Assembly (NCBI GenBank): GCA_963668025.2
Contig: CAXXTH010000010.1
Span: forward strand, 1,184,001-1,248,000
Length of the DNA stretch: 64,000 nucleotides
Origin: Candidatus Hydrogenedentota bacterium
Lineage (GTDB): Bacteria > Hydrogenedentota > Hydrogenedentia > Hydrogenedentales > SLHB01
Direction: 5' to 3'
Below the pieces are notes generated by a model that saw only the letters and a list, made by a program, of their open reading frames with translations, did no database searches and was not told where the DNA came from. The position numbers were made by a program, and so were the translations under genes. Shown one piece after another: positions 20,686 to 30,900 of this stretch; the stretch's first letter is position 1; each line of letters opens with the position of its first letter.

Positions 20686-20701
20686 CGTGATCGTTCACGT
20701 A
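20686..20701. promoter_or_regulatory. Operator-like near-palindrome CGTGATCGTTCACGTA upstream of GH78
   Basis: Identical to 4513-4528; TTGACA at 20662-20667 just upstream. Confidence 0.55.
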
Positions 20702-20726
20702 GCTGAAAACCTAGGGGGAGCATCAA

Positions 20727-22994
20727 GTGTTGTGGTTGTATCATTCCGCCGCCGAACCCGATACGCATGCCGCGTTTCGTGGTGTGGTTGAGCTGGAACA
20801 CGATTCGAAAATCGTGCTCCATACGCTTGGAGCCAGCACCTACGTGCTCTGGCTTGATGGGGAATACGTCCAGGAGGGGCCCGCGAGGTTTCCCCAGCAA
20901 TATCCCCAGTATTCAAGCGTGATCCGCCGTGTGTCGAAAGGCCGCCACAACATAGCGGTCCAGGTCCATTATGACGGAGTTGAAACACGGATTCTCCGCG
21001 ACATACCTCCATTCATTGACGTAAAAGTAATATGTGAAGGGCGGGAGCTTCCGGTTCATTGGAAGTGCCTGCGCCTTTCTGGGTACTTGCCACAAGTCCG
21101 CCGCCTAAGCCAATCTTTCGGCTGGATAGAGTGGTGCGACACGCGCTCGAATCCCGATGGCTGGCAGCATCCTGATTTTGACGACAGTGGCTGGCTGCTT
21201 CCTGTGGAAGTGGAACGCGGCCTCGGCAAGCCAGCTCCTTTGGATACGGGTGAGGTGAAACGCGTCGAGCACTCCTTAACGCCCTGTGCGGGCGGGTTGC
21301 TGGCGGAACGATTCGGCTACGAGCGGGATGATATTCCAACGCGATTCTTTTTGCGGGAATTGGACTGTGATTCCTTGCCACCTGATGGCGTCTGGCAGCG
21401 GTATGATCTTGGCCGTGTGCGTTTGGGCCGGCCGCGTTTTGTTCTGAATTTGCCTGCGGGCGCGGTAGTGGAATTTGCCTATTGCGAATGGCTGGCCCAT
21501 GGCCGTGTTTCTCCCTATATGCCCCTTACTGGCGGCCTGAGCTGTTACATCGACCACATGGTGGCGCGCGGCGGACGGCAGGAGTTCTCACCGTTTGATC
21601 CGCGCGGCGGACGGTTTCTCGAAATCCATGTATTGGCGCCTCCCGGCGAAGTGGAATTCGTCGAAGAAGCCTATATGGAGCGCTGTTATTGGGAGCGTAC
21701 GGAAGGCGCTTTCACCTGCGACAACGAGCAACTTAACCGCATATGGGATGCGGGAGCTCGGACGCTGCGCGCCTGTGCGGAGGACGCCATTCTGGATTGT
21801 CCAACGCGGGAGCGCGGCCAATGGACCGGAGACTCGCTCAGTGTTGGACTCTTTATAGGCGCTTATGCGTTTTCGGACCTTCGCCTGTTTCGCCGCGTCT
21901 TGATTCAGAGCGCCCAGTGTGCGCGAGACGACGGTATAGTTGCCGCCGCATGTCCGGGCCATACCTTCTATATGCCGGTTTATAGCCTCATTTGGGTAAA
22001 TGCCGCGCTGCACTATCATGAAATGACAGGTGAGCGTTCGCTGCTCGATAATTTGCACGATGCGGCGGTGAAGAATATGGAGGCGCTGAATCATTCCACA
22101 TCCGCCGAAGGCTTGCTTATCACGGAAGACACCGAATTTCTGTTTGTGGATTGGGGCTATGAACGCAATAGCGGCCCGTGCGACATGGCCACCAACTTGT
22201 TCTACCTGTCGGCGCTTCGCGGCATGGTTGAGTGGGGCGAACGGCTTGGCCGGACGGAATGCGATTCCTATTACGCCGGGCGCGAGGTGAAAACACGCCG
22301 CGCAGTCCGGAGCTGGCTCGATACCCTTCTTCACCGGTCCAATCCGGATTGGGATTCAGTGGGTTTTCACCGAGCAGTACTCGCATTGTCGGTGGGCATT
22401 CTCGACAAAAACGAAATACCTCAGGCCATTTCCCATATCAAGAGCCATATCATGCAGTGTTTTCCGAACAACCCGTCTGCACCCCGGAATGATTATCCGA
22501 ATAAGATCAGCACTCAGTTCATCACGCCCTATTTTTCGCATTGGGCGCTGTCTACCCTAATCGAACACGGCGAAACCGAATTCGTCCTTGGCCAATATCA
22601 GAAATGTTGGGGATATCTGCTCGAAGATGGCCGGACCACGCTTTTAGAAGTTTTCGACCCACGATGGTCGCATTGCCATCATTGGTCTGGGTCTCCGACA
22701 TGGCAGCTATCCCGATATGGTTTGGGCCTTCGCCCACGTTACGACTTGGGTTTGAATACGTACATGTTGGACTTGCATCCTGGATGCCTGCAACACGCAA
22801 AGGGAAGTGTTCCATTGCGAGAAGGAGGCGTTTTGGAGGTTTCTTGGAAACGAACATTGGATGCGATTCTTTATCAGATCACATCGCCTGCACCTATAAC
22901 TCTCCGTGTAAGCTCAGTGGGTAGCCAGGCTATCGACATTCCAGTGCATGGCATGCGCACCTTTACTTTACGGCCCGGCGGGCGGCTCAAATGA
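20727..22994 (+). CDS. Alpha-L-rhamnosidase-like protein (GH78)
   Basis: DCPTRERGQWTGD, FVDW, TTLLE and SHCHHWSGSP motifs. Confidence 0.85.
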   Translation: MLWLYHSAAEPDTHAAFRGVVELEHDSKIVLHTLGASTYVLWLDGEYVQEGPARFPQQYPQYSSVIRRVSKGRHNIAVQVHYDGVETRILRDIPPFIDVKVICEGRELPVHWKCLRLSGYLPQVRRLSQSFGWIEWCDTRSNPDGWQHPDFDDSGWLLPVEVERGLGKPAPLDTGEVKRVEHSLTPCAGGLLAERFGYERDDIPTRFFLRELDCDSLPPDGVWQRYDLGRVRLGRPRFVLNLPAGAVVEFAYCEWLAHGRVSPYMPLTGGLSCYIDHMVARGGRQEFSPFDPRGGRFLEIHVLAPPGEVEFVEEAYMERCYWERTEGAFTCDNEQLNRIWDAGARTLRACAEDAILDCPTRERGQWTGDSLSVGLFIGAYAFSDLRLFRRVLIQSAQCARDDGIVAAACPGHTFYMPVYSLIWVNAALHYHEMTGERSLLDNLHDAAVKNMEALNHSTSAEGLLITEDTEFLFVDWGYERNSGPCDMATNLFYLSALRGMVEWGERLGRTECDSYYAGREVKTRRAVRSWLDTLLHRSNPDWDSVGFHRAVLALSVGILDKNEIPQAISHIKSHIMQCFPNNPSAPRNDYPNKISTQFITPYFSHWALSTLIEHGETEFVLGQYQKCWGYLLEDGRTTLLEVFDPRWSHCHHWSGSPTWQLSRYGLGLRPRYDLGLNTYMLDLHPGCLQHAKGSVPLREGGVLEVSWKRTLDAILYQITSPAPITLRVSSVGSQAIDIPVHGMRTFTLRPGGRLK

Positions 22995-23265
22995 AAGAAT
23001 GTGGTTCGCCAGTCTGAATTCTTGCTTGTGGCTCACAGTGCCCATGCCTGGTTTATGCGGTTGTTGGCTGTATGCTGCCCGTGAGCGACAGAAATAGATG
23101 GAACTCCATTTAGCGGCTCAAACTGGGCCTTCCTATGGCGTGAATCCGTACTTCGACTCAAAGTCATGCCAAATCACATCTCGACAACAAACGCGCCTTT
23201 TCCAGGATTATGCGCGTGTGATACCATGCGTGCATGGTATGGGTGAGATGAAGTGGAAGGAGCAT

Positions 23266-24024
23266 ATGCGCATGAGGCGGTGCTGGTGTATCGTGTTGGC
23301 CGTGGGGATGATGGCCTTGGTTTCGGGGCCTGCCTGGTCTCAGAATGTGGTCAACGACCTTCTTGGGGGGAAGCTGATCAAGCCGAAGGTCGGGCAATGG
23401 GTTTGGTATAACCTTACCGGCAAGGATGGGAAGACGCAGTATGCCGTGCGGCAGGCGGTGGTCGGTGAAGAAAAAGTGGGGCGCGATACGGGGTATTGGG
23501 TTGAGTTTGAAGTAGCGCCGCAGGTGGGATTTAAAACGATTTATAAGGTGTTGCTCACGGGCCCGGCGAGTGATCCGAAGAATATCCACCGCATTATCGT
23601 GCGTGATGGCCCGGATGAACCCAAAGAGGTTCCCGTAGATCCAAAACAGCTTGGTTCGAGCAAGAAAGATGAGGGAACGCGCGAGTCGCTGGGCATGGAG
23701 AATGTGGAAACGGGCGAAGGATTGCTCCGTGCTGAACATCTGAAGGTGGCGCAGGAGGAGCGCGTGCTGGATCTGTGGGTGAATGATGATATTTGCCCCA
23801 CGGGCATTGTACGCCTGAGTACGGCGGATGGCGAGATGATATTACGGAGCCATGGGTTTGGCGGCGAGTACGCCAAGAGTTTGGCGGAGGTGGCCACGGC
23901 TAAACCGGGCGCGGAGGTGGATGTGTCCGTGGGCTCCACCAATTCCACGCCGGAAGGTGCGGAATCATCTGGCGGCGAAGCAGTAAAAGCGCCTGATACC
24001 GAAACGGATACGGATAGTGAATAG
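23266..24024 (+). CDS. Secreted hypothetical protein
   Basis: AAGGAG RBS, signal peptide, acidic low-complexity tail. Confidence 0.65.
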   Translation: MRMRRCWCIVLAVGMMALVSGPAWSQNVVNDLLGGKLIKPKVGQWVWYNLTGKDGKTQYAVRQAVVGEEKVGRDTGYWVEFEVAPQVGFKTIYKVLLTGPASDPKNIHRIIVRDGPDEPKEVPVDPKQLGSSKKDEGTRESLGMENVETGEGLLRAEHLKVAQEERVLDLWVNDDICPTGIVRLSTADGEMILRSHGFGGEYAKSLAEVATAKPGAEVDVSVGSTNSTPEGAESSGGEAVKAPDTETDTDSE

Positions 24025-24103
24025 AATAACCAAGGACAGGAGATCGTGCGCCATGGCAGATGGATGGCTGGAAGCGTGTAGTCCGGCGAATGAACAGCGG
24101 CCG

Positions 24104-24844
24104 ATGCAAAAACGATGGGTGCGCCTGTTTTGGGTTGCGGCGCTCGCGTTATGTGTCGCGGCGCCCGCATGCAAGACGCCATCGCCCAAACCGCAGGCTC
24201 CCCCGCCGGAACAGCAGGCCGAGTTCAGGCCTGCGGCATATGTGAGCGCTATCGCCTTAAAGGAAGGGCGTTATGCGGATCTGTTTGGGACGGAATCATA
24301 TGCGGTTTGGGTGGGGCCGGAGGTTGCGCAGTTCAAACTCACGAAAGAGGCGGACACCGGCCAGCCAGTAAGCCCGCAGCTCGAGGCCGAAGCCGAACGC
24401 ATTACACAGCAGTATGTTATCATTGAATGCCATATCGAGTCGGAATTCGCGGATGCGAGCGTGGCGTATGATGTCGTGGGATTCCGGGGCATTGAGCCGT
24501 ATCTTCTGATGCCCGACGGCAAGCGGGTCGAGCCGATGCAGAAAATTATCGGCAGCCCGGTGGAGGAAGAACAGAACGGGGCCTTGAAGCGGTTCCGGCG
24601 TACGAATCTCTTGCTGTTTCCGCGCCGGGATCTCTGGTTTGGCGGGCTGACCTTCGACTCAAAATATCCGTCCGTGCGGCTGATTCTGGATGCCCATAAT
24701 TCGCAATTCGCATTCGAGTGGCCGGAGGCCGCGTATGCCAATCCCCAGGCCGTCGTATCCGAGCATGATGTGATGCGCGAGGCGAAAGTGGGCTTCACGC
24801 AACTCTTCCAGCAGGTCCGCCAGGCGGCCCATGTGTTTGACTAG
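24104..24844 (+). CDS. Hypothetical lipoprotein
   Basis: Lipobox-like APAC after a hydrophobic stretch; start uncertain (24017-24104). Confidence 0.65.
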   Translation: MQKRWVRLFWVAALALCVAAPACKTPSPKPQAPPPEQQAEFRPAAYVSAIALKEGRYADLFGTESYAVWVGPEVAQFKLTKEADTGQPVSPQLEAEAERITQQYVIIECHIESEFADASVAYDVVGFRGIEPYLLMPDGKRVEPMQKIIGSPVEEEQNGALKRFRRTNLLLFPRRDLWFGGLTFDSKYPSVRLILDAHNSQFAFEWPEAAYANPQAVVSEHDVMREAKVGFTQLFQQVRQAAHVFD

Positions 24845-24859
24845 AGGCCGGGGAGAATC

Positions 24860-25588
24860 GTGAAAGGTTTCCTTAAATTTATCATGTCGCTGGCTGGCCT
24901 GGCGCTCATCGCCATCGGTGCGGCGGCGTTGTTTTTCGGGAGCCGGGGCGAAACCTATCTTAAGGCGCAAGGCGAACAGCGCTTGAGCCAGGCGTTTGAT
25001 GCTCCCGCCACGATAAACCGCGTGCGCATCCATTTATACGAGCCGGTGGTGGTGTTCGAGGATGTCCGGCTGGGCAATCCCCAGGGATTTCCGGAAGGCG
25101 AAGCCGTGTGTTTTGGCCGTATCCGCGCGCGGTATGATATGCATTCGCTGGGACTCCAGATGCCCGATCTTGATTATATTCAGGTGGAAGGCGTGTCCAT
25201 ACATGTCCAGTCCGCGCTTGATCGAGGCGCCAATGTGCAGCGGCTGCTCGATAATGCCGAGCGGGGGAAACAAGAGGCGGATGTAAAGGCGGATGTCGTG
25301 GTGGCGCATCAGCTTAGGGGGGAAGAGGCGGAGGTGTTTTCGCTGAACCAGCCCGATACGCCGTTCAAAGCGCAAGCTTTCACCATGTCTGAAGTGGCTT
25401 TCAACGCGAGGGAAATTCCCCAGGCGCTGGCGGCCATGCTTATTCGCACTTATACTGGCCAGCCAGCGCCAGCCTCGAAGCCTGCCGTGGAAGAAGACAA
25501 AACCGCCACGCCCGCGCCTGCTTCGCCTATGAAAAGCCAGCCACAGGAGTTGCAGCCGATATTGGGCGAGGGAGCTCCGCTCGAGTAG
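24860..25588 (+). CDS. Membrane-anchored AsmA-like hypothetical protein
   Basis: N-terminal transmembrane helix; LGNPQGF motif. Confidence 0.55.
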   Translation: MKGFLKFIMSLAGLALIAIGAAALFFGSRGETYLKAQGEQRLSQAFDAPATINRVRIHLYEPVVVFEDVRLGNPQGFPEGEAVCFGRIRARYDMHSLGLQMPDLDYIQVEGVSIHVQSALDRGANVQRLLDNAERGKQEADVKADVVVAHQLRGEEAEVFSLNQPDTPFKAQAFTMSEVAFNAREIPQALAAMLIRTYTGQPAPASKPAVEEDKTATPAPASPMKSQPQELQPILGEGAPLE

Positions 25589-25786
25589 CGCCCACCTCCA
25601 ATGCTTTTGTGGTGTATTTTTTGGCTGATTCTGCTTGAGGCGGATTTGCCCAGCATAGTATACTTCCCGTTCCGATGGTGGGAGAGGTGTGTGAGTATTC
25701 GGTGGCGAAGGCCTCTCCGGCCCGTGAGAATCAGAGTATCTATATATCCAGGTACTTCCGAAAACCAACAAGTGGAGGGTTGAGCA

Positions 25787-27823
25787 ATGGCCGCTGTGGA
25801 TGCCGGCAAGGTGCGCAATGTAGGAATTCTGGGGCATGGTGGAACAGGTAAGACAACGCTCATTGAACACATCCTCCATGCCGCCGGCAAGACCAGCCGC
25901 ATAGGCCGGATCGAAGATGGGAACACAGTAGGCGATTACTTGGAAGATGAAGTCACGCGCAGGCAATCCATTTCCATGAAACTCATGCATGTGGAGTGGA
26001 ATGGCTCGCGGGTGCATCTCGTGGATCATCCGGGCTATGTGGATTTCATCGGCGAAGTGGCGTCTTCCGTGCCATTGCTGGATGGCTTGGTCATTATCGT
26101 TGATGCAACTACGGGCGTGCAGGTGGGGACGGACAACGCCATCCGCTATGCGGACATGTTCAATGTGCCTCGCGCCATATTTGTCAATAAGTGTGACCGT
26201 GAAAACGTGGATTTCGACAGCATTGTTTCCCAGCTCCAATTCGCTTATGGCGCCCAGTGTGTTCCGCTGGTTATCCCCGTTGGCATTGGAGAGCAGCTTA
26301 AGGGGGCAGTGAACATCCTCACGGGCCAGAATGCAGAGGTGGCGGATCAAATCGAAGAGTTGAAATCGGGCTTAACCGATGTAGTGGCGGAATCGGATGA
26401 CGAGCTGCTGGAAAAATACCTTGAAACTGGCGAGGTGAGCCCCGAAGAGTTCAATAAGGGCCTGCACAATGGCATTCAGTCGGGCAAAATCATCCCGATA
26501 ATCGCGGGAAGCGTTGCAAAGGAAATCGGCATCAATGAATTGATGGATGTGATTGCCAATTCTTTTCCCTCGCCTCTGGATCGCAAGATTGTCGCCAAAC
26601 GAGGCAACGAAGAAGTCACGGTTAAAGTGGACCCGAACGGCCCGTTTCTTGGCCAAGTGTTCCGCAGTGTAGTGGACCCCTTCGTGGGCCATCTGACGTT
26701 TTTCCGGGTGTTAAGCGGCACGTTGCGGGCGGACTCCGAATTTCTGAATACCTCTAACAACACGAAGGAACGCACGGGCAAGATTTTTATGATGTGCGGC
26801 AAGGAGCAGACCGCCGTGGAATCCGTTGGCCCCGGTGATTTGGCGGCGCTGACGAAGCTCAAGAACACGCATTTCGGCAATACCATGGCGGCTCTGGGCT
26901 CGGATTTGCTTCTTCCGACCATCGAGCTGCCGCCATCCATGGTGAAATTGGCCATCATTCCGAAATCGCGCGCGGATGAAGACAAGCTGGGTGAAGCGCT
27001 CAACGGCATTGCGGAAGAAGAGCCTACCTTCAAGCATTACCGCGACCCTGACACCAATGAACACGTGATTCGCGGCATGGGCGATTTGCAGCTTGATATT
27101 CTGTTGGACCGCATGAAACGCAAATATAACGTGGAAGCCGAAACCAAGACGCCCCGCGTGGCGTATAAAGAAACCGTGCGCGGCAAGTCGGATGTGCAAG
27201 GCAAACACAAGAAACAATCAGGCGGCCGCGGCCAGTATGGCGATGTGCATCTGCGCATTTCGCCTAATGAGCGTGGGAAAGGATACGAATTCGTCGATAG
27301 CATCGTGGGCGGCACGGTGCCGAAACAGTACATTCCGCATGTGGATAAAGGCGCGCACGACGCGCTTATCAAAGGCGTTATCGCCGGGTATCCCGTGGTG
27401 GATGTTATCGTGGACTTGCACTTTGGCTCTTACCATGACGTAGACTCTTCGGAAATGGCTTTCAAAATCGCCGCATCGCTGGCGATTCAAAAAGGCGTCA
27501 TCGCGGCGCAGCCTTGCTTGCTCGAACCGATCATGGAAATCGAGGTCACGGTGCCGGAAGAGTACATGGGCGATATTAATGGCGATATGAATAGTCGGCG
27601 CGGGCGCATCTTGGGCATGGAGCCTGTAGGCGGCGGACGCCAATGTATTCGTGCGATAGTTCCGGAAGCGGAGATATTGCGCTATTCGACGGAATTGCGC
27701 TCCATGACCGGCGGCCGGGGCAGTTATTCGGTCAAATTCGATCATTACGATGAAGTGCCGGAGCATGTCGCCCAGCAGATTATTGCGGAATACCAGGCAA
27801 AACGGGCCGCTGAAAACGAATAA
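25787..27823 (+). CDS. fusA: Elongation factor G paralogue (EF-G2 type)
   Basis: GHGGTGKTT, DHPGYVDF, NKCD, KKQSGGRGQYG, GSYHDVDSSEMAF; not in a ribosomal str operon. Confidence 0.92.
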   Translation: MAAVDAGKVRNVGILGHGGTGKTTLIEHILHAAGKTSRIGRIEDGNTVGDYLEDEVTRRQSISMKLMHVEWNGSRVHLVDHPGYVDFIGEVASSVPLLDGLVIIVDATTGVQVGTDNAIRYADMFNVPRAIFVNKCDRENVDFDSIVSQLQFAYGAQCVPLVIPVGIGEQLKGAVNILTGQNAEVADQIEELKSGLTDVVAESDDELLEKYLETGEVSPEEFNKGLHNGIQSGKIIPIIAGSVAKEIGINELMDVIANSFPSPLDRKIVAKRGNEEVTVKVDPNGPFLGQVFRSVVDPFVGHLTFFRVLSGTLRADSEFLNTSNNTKERTGKIFMMCGKEQTAVESVGPGDLAALTKLKNTHFGNTMAALGSDLLLPTIELPPSMVKLAIIPKSRADEDKLGEALNGIAEEEPTFKHYRDPDTNEHVIRGMGDLQLDILLDRMKRKYNVEAETKTPRVAYKETVRGKSDVQGKHKKQSGGRGQYGDVHLRISPNERGKGYEFVDSIVGGTVPKQYIPHVDKGAHDALIKGVIAGYPVVDVIVDLHFGSYHDVDSSEMAFKIAASLAIQKGVIAAQPCLLEPIMEIEVTVPEEYMGDINGDMNSRRGRILGMEPVGGGRQCIRAIVPEAEILRYSTELRSMTGGRGSYSVKFDHYDEVPEHVAQQIIAEYQAKRAAENE

Positions 27824-27842
27824 GCGCTTTGCACATGTATTA

Positions 27843-27882
27843 AGGCAAGGGCATCCACGGGGCGGCCCTTGCCTGTTTATTT
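27843..27882 (+). terminator. Intrinsic terminator
   Basis: AGGCAAGGGC...GCCCTTGCCT followed by GTTTATTT. Confidence 0.7.
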
Positions 27883-27989
27883 GATGCGGAAGCCTAGCTT
27901 TTTAGAAAACCCGCACTGGCCTGGAGGCCATCATCAAAAGCGGGTATGCATGCCGCTGGTATAAATAGAATCTAAACAGCGGGAACAGG

Positions 27990-29309
27990 ATGGAATCGGA
28001 ACCAGTTATGCGTAGAAATATCGTCCACATGGGAGCCGATGCGCTCCAATACGAAATTCGCGAAATTGTACTTGTCGGCCACGAAATGCGCCGGATGGGC
28101 CAGACCCTGACGTGGGAAAATATCGGTGATCCCGTGCAAAAGGGCGAATCGCCGCCGGAGTGGATCAAGGAGATCGTCCGCGAGTTGGTGGATGATCCGA
28201 TGTCATGGGCCTATTGCGATACGGCTGGCGTGCCTGCCGTGCGCGAATTCCTTGCATCCAACGTGAACAAGCGCGAGGGCGGCGTTCAGATAGGTGCGGA
28301 CGATATTTTGTTTTTTAATGGATTGGGCGACGCCGTGGCGAAAGTGTACGGTTTTTTGCGGCGTGAAGCCCGGGTGCTGGGCCCATCGCCCGCATACAGC
28401 ACGCATTCAAGCGCGGAGGCCGCCCATTCTGGATACAGCCAAGTGACGTATGAGCTGGACCCCTTGAATGGATGGATGCCCGATGTGGAGGACATCCGAA
28501 ATAAGGTCAAATATAACGATTCCATAGCTGGCATTTTATTGTTATCGCCCGACAATCCTACCGGCGCGGTGTATCCGCGCGAGATAGTTGAAGAGATTGC
28601 CCAAATCGCCCGCGAGTACCGCTTATTTATGATAGCCGATGAAATTTATGCGCACATTGTCTACAACGGAAATACGCGGCTGCACATGAGCCAGTGGATT
28701 GGAGATGTGCCAGCGCTGGCCATGCGGGGCATTAGCAAGGAATATCCGTGGCCCGGTTCCCGCTGCGGCTGGATAGAAGTGCTCAATAAGGATAAAGATG
28801 AGAACTTCGCTACGTATGTGCGCAGCATCTTGGCGGCCAAACGCTTAGAGGTTTCGAGCACAACTCTTCCGCAAATGTCTATTCCCCGTGTGATGGGGGA
28901 CAGCCGCTATCCCGGCCATTTAGCGCGCAGGGAAGCACTGTTCGCCGTCCGCGCGCAAGAGGCGTATGACGCCTTTTCGGATTGCAGCGCGGTCATTGCC
29001 AATAAGCCATGCGGCGCTTTCTACTTCACCGTGATGTTTAAGGATAGGCTTCTCAACAACAGCCAGACGCTGCCTATTGAGAATCCGGCCATCCGGGCGC
29101 GTATCGAAGAGCTCGTGAAGGGAGTCGCCCCTGATAAACGGTTTGTGTATTACCTTATGGGCGCTACTGGTATTGTAGTGGTGCCGCTCACCGGTTTCCA
29201 GTGCAGGCATGACGGATTCCGAATGACCTTGCTGGAATCAGATGATGAAAAGCGGTCTTGGATCTTCAAAACCTTGCGCTGGGCTATCGACACGTATCTG
29301 GCCAGTTAA
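27990..29309 (+). CDS. PLP-dependent aminotransferase, class I/II
   Basis: NIGDP, PDNPTG, ADEIY, GISKEYPWPGSRCGW. Confidence 0.9.
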   Translation: MESEPVMRRNIVHMGADALQYEIREIVLVGHEMRRMGQTLTWENIGDPVQKGESPPEWIKEIVRELVDDPMSWAYCDTAGVPAVREFLASNVNKREGGVQIGADDILFFNGLGDAVAKVYGFLRREARVLGPSPAYSTHSSAEAAHSGYSQVTYELDPLNGWMPDVEDIRNKVKYNDSIAGILLLSPDNPTGAVYPREIVEEIAQIAREYRLFMIADEIYAHIVYNGNTRLHMSQWIGDVPALAMRGISKEYPWPGSRCGWIEVLNKDKDENFATYVRSILAAKRLEVSSTTLPQMSIPRVMGDSRYPGHLARREALFAVRAQEAYDAFSDCSAVIANKPCGAFYFTVMFKDRLLNNSQTLPIENPAIRARIEELVKGVAPDKRFVYYLMGATGIVVVPLTGFQCRHDGFRMTLLESDDEKRSWIFKTLRWAIDTYLAS

Positions 29310-29321
29310 AGCGGATTTCGT

Positions 29322-30176
29322 CTACCGGGCGATCTCGGTTAACTCGCGGACCTCGGGCAGGCATTTGATAAAGCCTCCGACAAGTTTCGGAGCCAGCTTG
29401 CTCGTGACGCCCGATGCGGCCCACACTTGTTTATCCAAATCGATAAGGCCGGTGTCCCATACGGACACCAGGCCACAATTCGAGCAGATAAAGTCTGCGA
29501 CACTCAACAGCGCCGCGATACGCTGGGCGAATGGATTTGGACAGCGGGAAATATCGTGATGGCCCGAAATCGCCCACATGAGTGAATCAGGCAGTTTCCA
29601 GCTCAACGCGAGGCGTGCGCCGAGTTCCGCATGATCACAACCCAAAATCTCCTGCTCGGCTTCGTATGAAGGCATGTGGCCCATCTTGCATTTCGCCTCG
29701 ACAAGGGCTGTCTCACGCGGGAGATACTCAAGGAAAATGATTTTTCCTATGTCATGAAGCAGGCCGTAGACAAAGGCGTCCTGCGCAAGCAAGGGCATAT
29801 CGGAAGCGCAGGTTTCAACGAGAACGCGCATCGCCACTCCGCACGCCACACAATGGACCAGCAGTTCGTCCGCGCCTTTTTTAAAGGTCTCGAAAACGGT
29901 CGCGGAGAGCACGAGATTGCGGATTACTTTGAGGCCAAGAAGCATGACGGCATGCTCGATGCTGACGATTTGGTTGGGCAGGGAATAATGGGCTGAATTC
30001 ACTAAACGGAGTGCTTTAATGGCAATGGCGGGATCTGCTGACACAACCTTTCCTACGGCAGCCAGGGAACAATCCGGATCCGACATCAGATCAGTAATAC
30101 GTGCAAGCGTGGTGGGCTGGCTTGGCAGCGTAATGATCTCTTCAAGCAGGACGTCGATTTTGCTCGGTTCAGACAC
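29322..30176 (-). CDS. HDOD domain protein
   Basis: LPSQP, DPAIA..LRLVNS, GLLHDIGK, HAELG...W.LP motifs. Confidence 0.9.
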   Translation of the reverse strand: MSEPSKIDVLLEEIITLPSQPTTLARITDLMSDPDCSLAAVGKVVSADPAIAIKALRLVNSAHYSLPNQIVSIEHAVMLLGLKVIRNLVLSATVFETFKKGADELLVHCVACGVAMRVLVETCASDMPLLAQDAFVYGLLHDIGKIIFLEYLPRETALVEAKCKMGHMPSYEAEQEILGCDHAELGARLALSWKLPDSLMWAISGHHDISRCPNPFAQRIAALLSVADFICSNCGLVSVWDTGLIDLDKQVWAASGVTSKLAPKLVGGFIKCLPEVRELTEIAR

Positions 30177-30447
30177 CGTTCACCACGTCCAACGCGGGCG
30201 CATCAAGCCCATTCGACCCATACGCCCGCTCTTGCATGCACAAAATCTCGATGGCTTGGCCCGGTGTAAGTTGCTCTAGATACTGGCTTAACAGGATTTT
30301 GTGAATGCCGCCATTCGGATCCGCACAAATAAGCACCGCACCTTTGGGATGCTCCCGCGGGCCCACCAACACAATTTTAGCGGGCCGGCCATCCAAAAAG
30401 CGGAGCGAACCAATCGTAGCTCCGCTCTGCTGAGACCATTCAATCAC
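30169..30447 (-). CDS. Hypothetical protein
   Basis: 92-aa ORF that fills the gap between co-oriented neighbours with tight junctions. Confidence 0.55.
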   Translation of the reverse strand: MIEWSQQSGATIGSLRFLDGRPAKIVLVGPREHPKGAVLICADPNGGIHKILLSQYLEQLTPGQAIEILCMQERAYGSNGLDAPALDVVNGV

Positions 30448-30450
30448 CGA

Positions 30451-30834
30451 CTAGAAGACGTAATCCGGCTCGAGAATGGCGTCATAATTTACGTCCCGAT
30501 CCGAGAACGGGAACGTGGCCATCTCGAAAACGCCTGTGCTTGTGCGCATGACGGCGCGTCCCGCGCCAAGAACGGGCGCTACTCCGACCAGATACCCGAG
30601 CGGCTTGCCTTCTTTGAGTTTTTTATCCCATGTCACAGGGATTTCCGCCCACCCCAGAACGACGTTCGAAAGGCCGCGGCCAAGTTTCGTGAGCGCCTTT
30701 TCGACGCCCGTCGGCGCCGGGATCTCATTATCTGGGTCGTAGGTGAGCGGTTCCGCGAAAACTTGCGCCACTGGCGCAGCCATCGCCACGATTACTGCTA
30801 TCGCGATCACGCGTGCCCACGATTTCATCATCAT
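30451..30834 (-). CDS. Exosortase system-associated protein (TIGR04073-like)
   Basis: Signal peptide; KLGRGLSNVVLGWAEIP...RTSTGVFEMATFP...EPDYVF. Confidence 0.8.
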   Translation of the reverse strand: MMMKSWARVIAIAVIVAMAAPVAQVFAEPLTYDPDNEIPAPTGVEKALTKLGRGLSNVVLGWAEIPVTWDKKLKEGKPLGYLVGVAPVLGAGRAVMRTSTGVFEMATFPFSDRDVNYDAILEPDYVF

Positions 30835-30900
30835 CCCCTTCGAAGCCTCCCAGTCATATGGTTCAAATTCAAGTAAACAAACTACTTTTGCAACAAACCG

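Noticed and set aside
25034-26350. 438-aa minus-strand ORF, and similar ORFs at 4897-6042, 16114-17082, 19097-20131 and 36411-37124
   Set aside because: They overlap well-supported genes on the opposite strand, as expected for high-GC shadow frames.
30201-30230. CCCAT-periodic stretch as another repeat arm
   Set aside because: It lies inside a probable CDS, has only two clear units and has no partner arm.
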